Source of the DNA: an uncultured Gammaproteobacteria bacterium
Lineage (GTDB): Bacteria; Patescibacteriota; Patescibacteriia; UBA9934; GWF2-40-263
DNA: 64,000 bases
Assembly (NCBI GenBank): GCA_964616135.1
Contig: CAZTTQ010000001.1
Location: 43,875-107,874 of the forward strand
Reading direction: 5' to 3'
The notes under the pieces are model-generated. The model worked only from the letters and a program-made list of their open reading frames with translations. It had not been told where the DNA came from and did not search any database. The stretch's first letter is position 1. Each line of letters starts with the position of its first letter. Shown here piece after piece: positions 17,632 to 27,878 of the stretch. The position numbers were made by a program, and so were the translations under genes.

Positions 17632-18471
17632 ATGTTGATTGATACTCATTGCCATGTCAGTTTTGAAGCGTACAAGGACGACGCAGAAGAAGTCGTGAAG
17701 CGCGCGCTTGCCGCCGGCGTGCAGATGGTCACGATTGGCACGCGCATCGAGACTTCCGTTGCCGCGGTGAAGTTTGCCGAGGCACATGAAGGCGTGTGGG
17801 CGACGATCGGCCTCCATCCGGGCCACGTGCACGCGCAGGAGTATGTGGATAAAAACGAAGTGCCCGCGGACCAAGTCGGCGCCGGGCACGCGGCGGAAGT
17901 GTTTGATGCGGAAGCGTATCGGAAACTGCTTGCGCATCCGAAAGTCGTCGCGATCGGCGAATGCGGGTTGGATTACTATCACGCGCCAAAAGACGCGGCG
18001 GACGACGCGTGGAAAACGGAGCAGCAGGCGGTCTGTCGCGCGCAACTCAAGCTCGCTTCTGAAGCGGGGAAGCCGGTGGTGATCCATTGCAGGGACGCGC
18101 ACCAGGACCAGGCGCGGCTCATCCGTGACGAAATCGCCGCGGGAGGCCTCGCCCGCCGCGGAGTGATCCATTGCTTCACCGGCACGGCCGAAGAAGCGGC
18201 GATGTATCGCGAACTGGGATTCATGGTCGCGTTCGGCGGCATTATCACGTTCGGCAAGAGCGTGGCGGACGCGGCCGCGCAGGTTCCGCTCGACCAAATC
18301 GTGCTGGAAACCGACGCGCCGTACCTTGCTCCCGCGCCGTACCGCGGCAAACGCAACGAACCGGCCTACGTCACGGAGGTCGCGCGCAAACTCGCCACGC
18401 TCAAAGGCACGACGGTGGAAGAAATTTCCCGCGTGACGACGGAGAACGCGAAACGGCTGTTCCAGATATAA
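17632..18471 (+). CDS. tatD: TatD family DNase
   Basis: DTHCH, GLHP, IGECGLDY, IHCR, HCFTG, LETDAPY. Confidence 0.93.
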   Translation: MLIDTHCHVSFEAYKDDAEEVVKRALAAGVQMVTIGTRIETSVAAVKFAEAHEGVWATIGLHPGHVHAQEYVDKNEVPADQVGAGHAAEVFDAEAYRKLLAHPKVVAIGECGLDYYHAPKDAADDAWKTEQQAVCRAQLKLASEAGKPVVIHCRDAHQDQARLIRDEIAAGGLARRGVIHCFTGTAEEAAMYRELGFMVAFGGIITFGKSVADAAAQVPLDQIVLETDAPYLAPAPYRGKRNEPAYVTEVARKLATLKGTTVEEISRVTTENAKRLFQI

Positions 18472-18510
18472 AAAATCACCGCCCCGTCCGGAGTACCGGA
18501 GGGGCGGTTT
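18471..18510. terminator. Repeated terminator, cluster 2 copy 1
   Basis: AAAAA..CCGCCCCGTCCGGAGTACCGGAGGGGCGGTTT. Confidence 0.8.
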
Positions 18511-18516
18511 CGCGTT

Positions 18517-19059
18517 TCAGTACTGGGCGCGGAAGCGCTCCAGCAGCCAGCCGGGACGCGTCGCGAAGCCGAAGACGTCGCAGAGGGCGTTCGGCAGCTT
18601 GTGCCGGTCCTGGTAGCCGTCCTTCACGCCGTAGAGGAGCGGCGCCTCGAGCCGGCCGGCGAGCAGGGCCGCGCACGTGTGGTTGTGCAGCGGTGGCGCG
18701 CGGAAGAAGTAGTGGAGGAGGGCCTCCGCTTCCACCTTCGGCAGGTGCAGGACGTCCGTCCGCTTCTTCTCCTGGGAGACGAGCGTCGTGTCCGCGCGGA
18801 GGAGGGCGTCGTTGTCGTGCGTCTCGCGCTCGACGTCGCGGACCGGCAGGTCGAAGCGGTCCGTGATCACGGGCAGCTGGCCCTTGGCGAGCAGCTCTCG
18901 CGTGTCTGGTAGCAGGTCGTCCGGTTCCGGCACGGCGAAGCGGATGAACCAGCAGCCGATGCCGGGAATACTCGTGTTCATCGTGACCGTGCAGTCCGCG
19001 ATGTCCACGATGATGGTGTTGCCTTCGCACGCGAAGATCCTTGTCGTATAGTCCGACAT
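18517..19059 (-). CDS. Hypothetical protein (accessory class)
   Basis: 180 aa; GGAGG in a leader hairpin; TTGACA-N17-TAGGGT at 19102-19130. Confidence 0.7.
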   Translation of the reverse strand: MSDYTTRIFACEGNTIIVDIADCTVTMNTSIPGIGCWFIRFAVPEPDDLLPDTRELLAKGQLPVITDRFDLPVRDVERETHDNDALLRADTTLVSQEKKRTDVLHLPKVEAEALLHYFFRAPPLHNHTCAALLAGRLEAPLLYGVKDGYQDRHKLPNALCDVFGFATRPGWLLERFRAQY

Positions 19060-19141
19060 CCTATTTCCTCCGTCCCGGTTGACTGTTAGGCGGGACGAAG
19101 CACCCTAGCTGAACGGCTGGCCATTGTCAATGTATACCGGT

Positions 19142-19181
19142 AAAAAAACGCCGCCCTTCCGGAGTACTGGAGGGGCGGTTT
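19142..19181. terminator. Repeated terminator, cluster 2 copy 2
   Basis: AAAAAAA..CCGCCCTTCCGGAGTACTGGAGGGGCGGTTT. Confidence 0.8.
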
Positions 19182-19191
19182 GCGTTTGCGG

Positions 19192-19719
19192 CTACCAGCG
19201 AGGCTTGCCGCTGGCGCGGTCGCGCCGCTCGCGGAAGTAACGGTCCAGGACCGCCTGGTGGGTGGAGAAGACGAGCGTGTCTCCTTCGCGCAGGATGACC
19301 CGTTCCCGGACCTCGGCGTTCGGGACGAACGGGGGCAGGTCGCCGTTCAGGGCGGGAGTGATACCGAACAGCAGGATGATGTTCGATTCCGTCGCATCCC
19401 CCGCGTCGTACTGGAGGATCGAGTGCGGGGGCACGTGGATGCCCAGCTCCTCGTGCAGCTCCCGGGCGCCCGCGGCGCGCCACGGTTCGCGCCGGTTGAC
19501 GTACCCGCCGGGGAAGGCGAGGCCTCCCTTGCCGGGGTCGATATTCCGCCGCACGCCGAGCAGGCCGTCCCCGTAGGGAACCAGCAGAGCGGCGGCCGGC
19601 AGGGGGTTGCCGTATTCGACGTGCCCGCAGCCGGGACAGGTGAGAGGCCAGGCCTCTTGCTCGGGTAGGAGGTGCGTGCAGCGCGTGCAATGAAGGGCTT
19701 CGGGGATCGCGTCGGACAT
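19192..19719 (-). CDS. NUDIX hydrolase with N-terminal Zn ribbon (accessory class)
   Basis: CTRC..CPGC; PGGYVNRREPWRAAGARELHEELG; GAGGAG SD; TTGACA-N17-TATCGT at 19760-19788. Confidence 0.88.
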   Translation of the reverse strand: MSDAIPEALHCTRCTHLLPEQEAWPLTCPGCGHVEYGNPLPAAALLVPYGDGLLGVRRNIDPGKGGLAFPGGYVNRREPWRAAGARELHEELGIHVPPHSILQYDAGDATESNIILLFGITPALNGDLPPFVPNAEVRERVILREGDTLVFSTHQAVLDRYFRERRDRASGKPRW

Positions 19720-19833
19720 CCGTCTCCTCAAGTCCCGCCGGGAACGTGGCGGGAGAGGAACGATAGGCGAAATAGGGCCCCTTGTCAATCCGCCCTCGCC
19801 GCTTTTCGCCCGCCGGTTTACACTGTCCCCGCT

Positions 19834-22737
19834 ATGGCCAACCTCCTCGAGAACGCCAATCCGGAGCAGCTCTCCGCCATCACCCACCGGGAGGGGCCGT
19901 TGATGATTGTGGCCGGGGCCGGGACGGGCAAAACGTCCGTCATCACCCAGCGCATCGCCTGGTTGATCGAACAGGGCCTGGCGACGCCGGAAAACATCCT
20001 GGCGCTGACGTTCACGGACAAGGCCGCGGGCGAAATGGAAGAGCGCGTGGACCTGCTGTTACCGTTCGGCTACGCGAACCTGCAGATCTCCACCTTTCAC
20101 GCGTTTGCAGAAATGACGTTGCGCGAATGGGGCGTGGAAATCGGCCTGGCCAAGGACTTCACGCTGCTGGCCGAATTGGACGCGTGGCTCCTGACCCGCC
20201 AGCACTGGGACCGGTTCCAGCTGACCTACTACAAGCCGATGGGGAACCCGACCAAGTATTTGCGCGGGCTGCTTTCGCATTTCTCCCGGGCAAAGGACGC
20301 GGCGATTACCCCGGCGATGTACCGCGACTTCGTCACGCAGAAGGAACGCGACATGCCGCCCAATCCGACGGCGGAAGAACAGGACGAATTGGTGCGCGCG
20401 AAAGAACTGGCCGGCGCGTATGAAACCTACCAGGCGATTTTGCAGGAGAACGACGCCTGCGACTTCGGCGACCTGATGGTCTACCTGTTGGAATTGCTCC
20501 GCCGCCGCCCGCGCGCGCTGAACGCCATCCGCGAACGATTCACCTACGTTCTGGTGGACGAATTCCAAGACACGAACCAGGCGCAGTATGAAATCGTGAA
20601 GTTGGTCGCGGCGCCCCGCAACAACCTGACGATCGTCGGCGACGACGACCAGGCCATCTACAAGTTCCGCGGCGCCAGCATTGAGAACATCCTGCGCTTC
20701 TCGGCCGACTATCCGACGGCCAAGAAGGTGGTGCTCACGCGCAACTACCGTTCGGTCCAGCCGATCTTGGACAAGGCGCACGGATTCATCCAAGCGAACA
20801 ACCCGCGCCGCTTGGAAGCGAGCGACCCGACGTTGAACAAGAAGCTGTCGTCGGAGAAAGCCGGGGAAGGGAACGTGGAACACCTGCATTTCCCGTCGTT
20901 GGAGGACGAAGTGGACGCGGTCGCGATGAAGATCATGGAATTGAAGCAGCTCCATCCGGACGCGGAATGGAGCGACTTCGGCATCCTGGTCCGCGGGAAC
21001 GACGCGGCCAACCCGTTCTTGGGGCCGCTTGAACGCGCGGGCATTCCGTACCGCTTCCACGCGCTTTCCGGCTTGTACACCAAGCGCGTGTTGCTCGACC
21101 TGCTCGCGTTCTTGCGCGTGATCGACGACCCGTACGACGGCCCCAGCACCTACCGCCTGCTGACGCTGCCGATCCACGCCATTCCGGTAGAAGCGATCGT
21201 GGCGGTGACGCATGAGGCGCACAAAAAAGGGAAATCGCTCACGGACGCGTGCGAACTGGTGCGCGCGGCCGGCGGATTCGCCCCGGACGTGGCCGACAAA
21301 ATCGGCAGCCTGCTTTCCACCCTGGCCAAGCTGCGCGAGGACGCGCCGAAGATGCGCGTCACGGAGTTCTTCCTGAAGGTCGCCAAGGACACGGGCTACC
21401 TGCACTGGCTGAACCAGCAAAAGGAACAGCAGAAGCTGGAGGACTTCCGCTATTTGCAGCAATTCTACGAACGCCTGAAGCGGTTTGAAGAGCGCCAGGA
21501 CCATCCGGTTCTCCGGCGTTTCTTGGAGGAATTCAAGCATGAACGTGACGCGGGCGAGGACGGTTCGTTGGCCCAGGACGTAGAGGCGGGCCCGGACGTC
21601 GTGAGTATCATGACTGTGCACGGTTCCAAGGGGTTGGAGTTCCGGTTCGTGTTCGTCGTGTCGTTGGTGGACCGCAAATTCCCGGCGCAGGCGCGCGCGG
21701 AAAGCATCCCGCTGCCCGCGGGGCTTCTTCCGGCCGAAGCGGAAGACGGCGACGCGCACTTGGAAGAAGAACGCCGCCTGTTCTACGTGGCCGTGACGCG
21801 CGCCAAGGAACACCTGTACTTCACGTCCGCGGACGACTACGGCGGCAGCCGCAAGCGCAAGCCGTCGCGGTTCTTGGTCGAATTGGGATACGTGGAAGAG
21901 CAGAAGAAACTGACCAAAAAGGAACGCGACCTCGCAAAACAGATCGAAGCGGCGGGGAAGCCGCCCGAACCCGTTTCGGACGACATGCCGGTGATTGAAG
22001 TGCCCAAGGCGTTTTCGTTCACGCAGTTGGCCGCGTTCGCCAGTTGCCCGTTGCAGTACAAGTTTGCCCACGTCTACAAGATCCCGATCTTCGGCAGCCG
22101 GTCGATGTCGTTCGGCAAGACGGTCCACAACGCGCTGCAGCAGTTCTTCCAAGCGTGGATTGACCGGAAGGGAGGGGTGACGCTGGATGAACTCGAATCC
22201 TTCTACCGTGACCACTGGCAGGATGATTGGTACAAGGACGACAACGAGCGCGAGCAATTCCGCCAGCAGGGCCTGGACATGTTGCGGACGTATTACGGAA
22301 CCCTGGCCGAAGCGAAGCCGGATCCGCTGTTTCTGGAACAAGCATTCACGTTGAAACTGGCCGGCGTGATCTTGAAAGGACGCATCGACCGCATCGACCG
22401 CTGCGGCGACGGCGTGGAAATCATCGACTACAAGACCGGCAGCCCGAAAACCGAAGACGACTTGAAAAAGGACAAGACCAAAAAGGAACAGCTGTACCTG
22501 TACCAGCTGGCGGCGCGCGACGTGTTGGGCTTGGACGTGAAGAAACTGACGTTCCATTATTTGGAAGACGGTTCCCGCGTGTCGTTCCTGGCGGATCCGG
22601 GCGAACTGCTCACGTTCCAAGAGGACCTGGCGGACCGCGTGGAGCGCATCAAGAAGGGCGTGTTCGACGCGACGCCTGGCTTCCATTGCCGGTTCTGCGA
22701 CTTCAAGGACATCTGCGAATTCAGGGCGAAAGAATAA
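19834..22737 (+). CDS. UvrD/PcrA-type helicase fused to a PD-(D/E)XK Fe-S nuclease (AdnB/AddA-like)
   Basis: AGAGTGKT, VDEFQD, TVHGSKGLEF, YVAVTRA; GRIDRID..IIDYKTG; CP...CRFC..C. Confidence 0.92.
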   Translation: MANLLENANPEQLSAITHREGPLMIVAGAGTGKTSVITQRIAWLIEQGLATPENILALTFTDKAAGEMEERVDLLLPFGYANLQISTFHAFAEMTLREWGVEIGLAKDFTLLAELDAWLLTRQHWDRFQLTYYKPMGNPTKYLRGLLSHFSRAKDAAITPAMYRDFVTQKERDMPPNPTAEEQDELVRAKELAGAYETYQAILQENDACDFGDLMVYLLELLRRRPRALNAIRERFTYVLVDEFQDTNQAQYEIVKLVAAPRNNLTIVGDDDQAIYKFRGASIENILRFSADYPTAKKVVLTRNYRSVQPILDKAHGFIQANNPRRLEASDPTLNKKLSSEKAGEGNVEHLHFPSLEDEVDAVAMKIMELKQLHPDAEWSDFGILVRGNDAANPFLGPLERAGIPYRFHALSGLYTKRVLLDLLAFLRVIDDPYDGPSTYRLLTLPIHAIPVEAIVAVTHEAHKKGKSLTDACELVRAAGGFAPDVADKIGSLLSTLAKLREDAPKMRVTEFFLKVAKDTGYLHWLNQQKEQQKLEDFRYLQQFYERLKRFEERQDHPVLRRFLEEFKHERDAGEDGSLAQDVEAGPDVVSIMTVHGSKGLEFRFVFVVSLVDRKFPAQARAESIPLPAGLLPAEAEDGDAHLEEERRLFYVAVTRAKEHLYFTSADDYGGSRKRKPSRFLVELGYVEEQKKLTKKERDLAKQIEAAGKPPEPVSDDMPVIEVPKAFSFTQLAAFASCPLQYKFAHVYKIPIFGSRSMSFGKTVHNALQQFFQAWIDRKGGVTLDELESFYRDHWQDDWYKDDNEREQFRQQGLDMLRTYYGTLAEAKPDPLFLEQAFTLKLAGVILKGRIDRIDRCGDGVEIIDYKTGSPKTEDDLKKDKTKKEQLYLYQLAARDVLGLDVKKLTFHYLEDGSRVSFLADPGELLTFQEDLADRVERIKKGVFDATPGFHCRFCDFKDICEFRAKE

Positions 22738-22738
22738 T

Positions 22739-23074
22739 ATGAAAAACGCGATCCCCATCGGCGACCTGCTCGGCCGCGCCATCAAGCGCGCCGGCATTGA
22801 GAGGGAAGTGACGCGCGCGCAGCTGTTGGAAGCGGCAAATGAAGCGGTGGCCAAGGCCCTGCCCGCCGGCCACGCGGCGGACGCCAAGGCGGTGTCTTTG
22901 AAAGACGGCCTCCTGCTGGTGGCCTGCCGCCACGCCGCCGCCGCCAGCGCCGTTTCGCGCGCGGGAAACGAGGTATTGGCGGCGCTGAAGCGCGCCGCCC
23001 CGCGGGCGGACGTCCGCCGGCTCCTGACGCGGGTAGAGTCCTCGCTCACGCGCGCCGACGGCATGGTAGAATAA
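22739..23074 (+). CDS. DciA/DUF721 family protein
   Basis: PIGDLL..AVSLKDGLLLVAC; size and context. Confidence 0.7.
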   Translation: MKNAIPIGDLLGRAIKRAGIEREVTRAQLLEAANEAVAKALPAGHAADAKAVSLKDGLLLVACRHAAAASAVSRAGNEVLAALKRAAPRADVRRLLTRVESSLTRADGMVE

Positions 23075-23081
23075 GAACGCT

Positions 23082-23471
23082 ATGACCTTCCGGGACTACC
23101 TGCTTGTCATGTCCGCCGGCACCGGCGCCGTTTGGTTGGCGTTCGTCGTCGTGTTGCTGGCGATTGATCCCACGCGCTCGGGCACTCTCGGATTCGTCCT
23201 GTTCTACGCCACGTTCGGCCTGTCCGTCTTGGGTACGTTCGCCATCGCCGGCACGGCCGTGCGGACCCATTTCCACCCGGAGGACGTCGTGTCGCGCCAA
23301 GTCGCCCGGGCGTTCCGCCAGGCCCTGCTCATTTCGGCCATCCTCATCGGTTCCATGATGTTGTCCGCCGCCGGATTGTTCCGTCCGTGGACCGGCATTC
23401 TGCTGGTGTTAGCGGCGGCATTGGTCGAATTGGCGTTCCTGGCCGCCGGACGTCCACGGCAAGGCGCGTAA
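23082..23471 (+). CDS. Hypothetical 4-TM protein
   Basis: Hydrophobic; IDP and AFRQA motifs. Confidence 0.7.
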   Translation: MTFRDYLLVMSAGTGAVWLAFVVVLLAIDPTRSGTLGFVLFYATFGLSVLGTFAIAGTAVRTHFHPEDVVSRQVARAFRQALLISAILIGSMMLSAAGLFRPWTGILLVLAAALVELAFLAAGRPRQGA

Positions 23472-23523
23472 CGGCCTTGCGTCGCCCCGCTTCGGCTGTT
23501 AAGGTCGTTCCAGTTTTCCTCGT

Positions 23524-24576
23524 GTGTTCAACCGCATTCTCGGCGCATTCTCCAAGGACCTCGGCATCGACCTCGGGACCTGCAATACCCGGGTGTTTTC
23601 GCGTGACAAAGGCATCGTCGTGCAAGAGCCGTCCATCGTGGCGGTGAACATGCGCACGGAGCAGATCGTCGCCGTCGGGCTGGACGCCAAGGACATGATC
23701 GGCAAGACGCCGCCGCACATCGTCGCGTCCCGTCCGCTGGTGAAAGGCGTGATTTCGGATTTTGAAATCAGCGAGAAGATGCTGAAGTACTTCATCAATA
23801 AAGTGCACGCGGAATCCTTCACCATCGTCCCGCGTCCGCGCATTGTCATCGGCGTGCCGTTGGAAACGACGGAAGTGGAGCGCAAGGCCATTGAGGACGT
23901 CGTGATCTCCGCGGGCGCCCGCCAGGTGTTTTTGGTGGAAAACCCGATGCTGGCCGCCATCGGCGCGCGCCTGCCGGTCACGGATTCCGTCGGCACCATG
24001 GTCGTGGACTTGGGCGGCGGCAAGACGGAAATCGCCGTGTTGTCGTTAGGAGGCGTGGTCACGTGGAAGTCGTTGCCCATCGCCGGGGACGAACTAAACC
24101 GCACCATCACGCAGTACGCGCGCGAAGTCTTCAACCTGCTTCTCGGCGACAAGATGGCGGAACAGGTGAAGATGCGCATCGGCTCGGCCGTGCCCGGCGA
24201 CGCGCCGTCGCAGATGGAAATGCGCGGCCGTGACTTGATCACGGGCCTGCCCAAGGAAATCACCGTCAACGACGGCCAGATCCGGGAGGCCATGCACCGT
24301 TCCATCGCCTCCATCGTTGAAAACATCAAGGCCGCGTTGGAAAACACGCCGCCGGAACTGGTCGCCGACATCTATGAACGCGGCATCGTGCTGACGGGCG
24401 GCACGTCGTTGTTGCGCGGATTGGACGTTCTTATTTCCCGCCAGGCGCAGATTCCGGTCCGCGTCGCGGAAGACCCGATGACGTGCGCCGTCCGCGGGGC
24501 GGGAGCGTTGCTGGACCAGGACGCGATTTTGAAGGACATGGCCCTGCCGTCCACGCTCACGGGCGGATTGGTCTAA
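23524..24576 (+). CDS. mreB: Rod shape-determining protein MreB
   Basis: GIDLGT, EPSIVA, VDLGGGKTE, LTGG. Confidence 0.95.
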   Translation: MFNRILGAFSKDLGIDLGTCNTRVFSRDKGIVVQEPSIVAVNMRTEQIVAVGLDAKDMIGKTPPHIVASRPLVKGVISDFEISEKMLKYFINKVHAESFTIVPRPRIVIGVPLETTEVERKAIEDVVISAGARQVFLVENPMLAAIGARLPVTDSVGTMVVDLGGGKTEIAVLSLGGVVTWKSLPIAGDELNRTITQYAREVFNLLLGDKMAEQVKMRIGSAVPGDAPSQMEMRGRDLITGLPKEITVNDGQIREAMHRSIASIVENIKAALENTPPELVADIYERGIVLTGGTSLLRGLDVLISRQAQIPVRVAEDPMTCAVRGAGALLDQDAILKDMALPSTLTGGLV

Positions 24577-24585
24577 CCGTTCCCT

Positions 24586-25383
24586 ATGCTCCAGGACACC
24601 GTATCCCGCGCCCGTCGGCGTCGGAACCAGACGGTGGTCGCCGTCCTCGCCTTATTGGCGCTGGCGGCGTTTTTTCCGTTCCGCCGTTCGTTCGGGTTCA
24701 TCCAACGGCCGTTCGTGATCCTTGGCACGTGGGTGGCGAACGCGGGATTCGGCTTGTTCCAGCCGGGATCCGTTTCTCCGGAACGCGTGAAGGAATTGGA
24801 GGCGCAGCGCGACGTGCTGGCCGCGGATGCGGCCGTTTTGCGCCGCACGCTGGATGAAAATGAGGATTTGCGCCGCCGCCTCGCCTTTGTGGACCGTACG
24901 CGCGCGCAAGTCGCGTCCGGCCACATCGTCGGGCGCGTGACGGGCGCGGACCGCGCGGCATTCGCCATCGACCTGGGCGCCGCCGATGGCGTCGGCGTTG
25001 GGATGGCCGTCATTGTCGGTGACGGATTGCTGGTAGGGAAGGTCGCCGCCGTCACGTCCTCGGGCGCGACGGTCTCGGCGCTGACCGATCGCGGCACCGC
25101 GACCGCCGTGTCCTTGTTGAACAGCGCGCGTACCATCGGCGTCGCGCAGGGGTTGGACGCGACCCTGTTGTCCGTCGGGTACATCCCCAAGGACCAGCGT
25201 GTCCAAGTGAATGATTTGCTGGTGACGTCCGGGTTGGAAGACTTGGTGCCTGCGGGCTTGTTGGTCGGTATCGTGAACGCGGTGCAAAGCGACGACGGGG
25301 ATCCGTTCCAGCGCGCCGTCGTGGAACCGCTCGCCGACGCGCGCCGGTTGGAGACGGTCACGGTCCTGTTGGGACGCCTATGA
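24586..25383 (+). CDS. mreC: Rod shape-determining protein MreC
   Basis: TM plus coiled coil ENEDLRR; IDLGAADGV; VTSGL. Confidence 0.9.
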   Translation: MLQDTVSRARRRRNQTVVAVLALLALAAFFPFRRSFGFIQRPFVILGTWVANAGFGLFQPGSVSPERVKELEAQRDVLAADAAVLRRTLDENEDLRRRLAFVDRTRAQVASGHIVGRVTGADRAAFAIDLGAADGVGVGMAVIVGDGLLVGKVAAVTSSGATVSALTDRGTATAVSLLNSARTIGVAQGLDATLLSVGYIPKDQRVQVNDLLVTSGLEDLVPAGLLVGIVNAVQSDDGDPFQRAVVEPLADARRLETVTVLLGRL

Positions 25384-25889
25384 CCCCCGGCCGCATTCCG
25401 CCGGCGATCCTGCTGTTCCTGGTCGCCTCTTGCTTTGAAACCGGGTTGGTCGCGTCCATTCCCGGCCCATTAGGTTTGGTGCCGTTCACGTTGGCGGCGG
25501 GGATTTACCTGACCCAATCGCGCAGTTGGTGGGGCGGGCCGTGGCTTATCGCCGGATTTGGCCTGTTTTCCGATGCGGCCGGTCTCTCGCCTCTCCCCGG
25601 CCAGACGTTCGCCTGCGCGGCCGCTGCGTTGGCGGCATGGCTCTCGGCCCGCGAGCTCTTCTCCAACCGTTCGCTCTACGGCATCCTGGGCTGCGGTGTC
25701 GTCGCGTGGAGCGCGCACGCCGTGGTGCAGACGGCCATTTGGCTCATTCAGCGCCTGATGGGCGGCGGCGCGTCCGGCGTTGCGTACGCGACGTGGATGG
25801 GCTGGCGATTCGTCCTGTGCCTTCTCCTGCTCTCCGTGTTTTTTTACGCGGTGCCGCGCCGAAGCCGCGTTGCCTTCACCGTCCGTTAG
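25380..25889 (+). CDS. mreD: MreD-like membrane protein
   Basis: Multi-TM; GLFSD; lies between mreC and pbp2. Confidence 0.65.
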   Translation: MTPGRIPPAILLFLVASCFETGLVASIPGPLGLVPFTLAAGIYLTQSRSWWGGPWLIAGFGLFSDAAGLSPLPGQTFACAAAALAAWLSARELFSNRSLYGILGCGVVAWSAHAVVQTAIWLIQRLMGGGASGVAYATWMGWRFVLCLLLLSVFFYAVPRRSRVAFTVR

Positions 25890-25892
25890 CAC

Positions 25893-27872
25893 ATGCCCAA
25901 GCCCGACCTGCGCATTTTCGCCATCCAGGAAGACGGCCGATTCGGCTCCGTCTCGTCTTCGGTTGGCGATCGGCCGTGGGACGAGGCCGTGACGCGCGAC
26001 GGGTACGCCCGCTCCTTGGAACAGGAAGGGCTCGGGTCGCCGTTGCCCGCGCGCCGTTTCCGCTGGGCCTTGGTCTTTTTGTTGGTCCTGTTCGGCGGGT
26101 TGTTTGCCCGCGCCGCACAACTCCAGGTGGTTTCCGGCGCGTCGTACCGCGCGCTGGCGGAACGCAACCGCGTGCAGACACGCGTGCTGCCCGCGCCGCG
26201 CGGCGCCGTCACGGACCGGTTCGGCGCGCCGCTTGCGGCGAACGTCCCGACCTTCGCGCTGACGGTCCGGCCGGACGAACTGCCGCGCGTCCGCGCGTCG
26301 CAACCGCCGGAGGACCAGGCCCGCGCCGCTGCGGAGCGCGCGTCCGCCATTGCGCGCGCGTCCGCCTTGTCCGGCATGGCGCCGGACGAGCTGACGGCTC
26401 GCCTGGACGAATTTTCGCCAACCACGTCCGACGAGGTCACGCTGAAGCGCGGCATCCCGTACGAGGCGGCGATGCGCCTGGCCGTGGCCCTGCCCACGTT
26501 GCCCGGGTTCGGCCTGCAGACGACTTCCATCCGCTCCTATGACACCACGGTGCGGTCCTTGGGCCACGTGCTCGGGTACGCGGGGCTGATTAGCGCTGCT
26601 GAATTGGAAACGCTCCGCAAGGATGGCTACCGCCCGGTGGACGCGGTGGGGAAGACGGGCTTGGAAAAAAGCGCGGAGAAATTGTTGCGTGGCACCGCGG
26701 GGCGCGTCTTGGCGGAAGTGGACGCCCGTGGCCGAGAACTGCGCCTGGTCGACAAGACGGAACCCGTGCCGGGATCCAACCTGACGCTGTCCATTGACCT
26801 CGCGTTCCAGCGGTATGCGGAAGAACGCCTATTGGCCACGTTGAAGCGCACGGGCGTGGAGAAGGCGAGCGTGGTCGCGTTGGATCCGCGCGACGGCGCG
26901 GTGCGCGCGCTCATCAGCTGGCCGTCGTATGACGCGAACGCGTTCGTCCAAGGCATCAGCGCGGACGCGTACAAGGCGTTGGCGGAAGACCCGGCCCATC
27001 CGCTGTTTCCCCGCGCCGTTTCGGGCGAATTCCCGGCCGGCTCCACGTTCAAGCCGTTCGTTTCGTACGCGGCATTGAACGAAGGCGTCGTGAATGAGCA
27101 CACCAGTTTCCTCTCCACGGGCGGCCTTTCCGTCGGCCCGTGGTTTTTCCCGGACTGGAAGGCGGGCGGCCACGGCGTGACGGACGTGCGCAAGGCCATC
27201 GCGGAGTCCGTGAACACGTTCTTCTACATCGTCGGCGGCGGGTACGACGCCACGACCGGCCTCGGGGTAGAACGCATTACGGACTATGCGCGCCGCTTCG
27301 GCTTCGGCCAAAAGACGGGCGTCGACCTGCCGGGCGAAGCGGACGGATTCCTGCCGTCCAAGGAATGGAAGGAGCAGGCCAAGGGCGAACGCTGGTTCGT
27401 CGGCGACACGTACCACCTGGCCATCGGCCAGGGGGATTTGCTCTCCACGCCGTTGCAACTGGCGTCCGCGGGCGCCGTGATCGCGAACGGCGGGCGGCGC
27501 GTGGTGCCGCACGTGGTCGAGAAAATCGACGGCGTACCGGCGCAAACGCAAACGCCAGAAGGGGCGTTTGACGCGGACAATATCGCGATCGTGCGTCAGG
27601 GAATGCGGCAGGCGGTCACGTCCGGCAGCGCGCGCTCCCTGGGCGACTTGAAATTTCCCGTGGCCGGTAAGACGGGGACGGCACAGCCGGGCGGGGACGT
27701 GAAAACCCACGCGTGGTTCCTCGGCTTCGGCCCCTACCAAGATCCAACGCTGACCGTCGTCGTGTTGTTGGAAAACGGCGGGGAAGGGTCGTCGTACGCG
27801 GTGCCGATCGCCAAGGACCTCTTTGCGTGGTGGTTTGCCCATCGCGGATCGGGCGACACGCTGGTACAATAA
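25893..27872 (+). CDS. mrdA: Penicillin-binding protein 2
   Basis: APRG; SxxK (STFK); SVN; KTGT. Confidence 0.93.
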   Translation: MPKPDLRIFAIQEDGRFGSVSSSVGDRPWDEAVTRDGYARSLEQEGLGSPLPARRFRWALVFLLVLFGGLFARAAQLQVVSGASYRALAERNRVQTRVLPAPRGAVTDRFGAPLAANVPTFALTVRPDELPRVRASQPPEDQARAAAERASAIARASALSGMAPDELTARLDEFSPTTSDEVTLKRGIPYEAAMRLAVALPTLPGFGLQTTSIRSYDTTVRSLGHVLGYAGLISAAELETLRKDGYRPVDAVGKTGLEKSAEKLLRGTAGRVLAEVDARGRELRLVDKTEPVPGSNLTLSIDLAFQRYAEERLLATLKRTGVEKASVVALDPRDGAVRALISWPSYDANAFVQGISADAYKALAEDPAHPLFPRAVSGEFPAGSTFKPFVSYAALNEGVVNEHTSFLSTGGLSVGPWFFPDWKAGGHGVTDVRKAIAESVNTFFYIVGGGYDATTGLGVERITDYARRFGFGQKTGVDLPGEADGFLPSKEWKEQAKGERWFVGDTYHLAIGQGDLLSTPLQLASAGAVIANGGRRVVPHVVEKIDGVPAQTQTPEGAFDADNIAIVRQGMRQAVTSGSARSLGDLKFPVAGKTGTAQPGGDVKTHAWFLGFGPYQDPTLTVVVLLENGGEGSSYAVPIAKDLFAWWFAHRGSGDTLVQ

Positions 27873-27878
27873 GCTCCT

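Noticed and set aside
20059-23064. 1001-aa antisense ORF, and similar long shadow ORFs such as 26829-28991 and 29511-30959
   Set aside because: These mirror well-supported genes on the other strand, which is expected in GC-rich DNA. They show no motifs.
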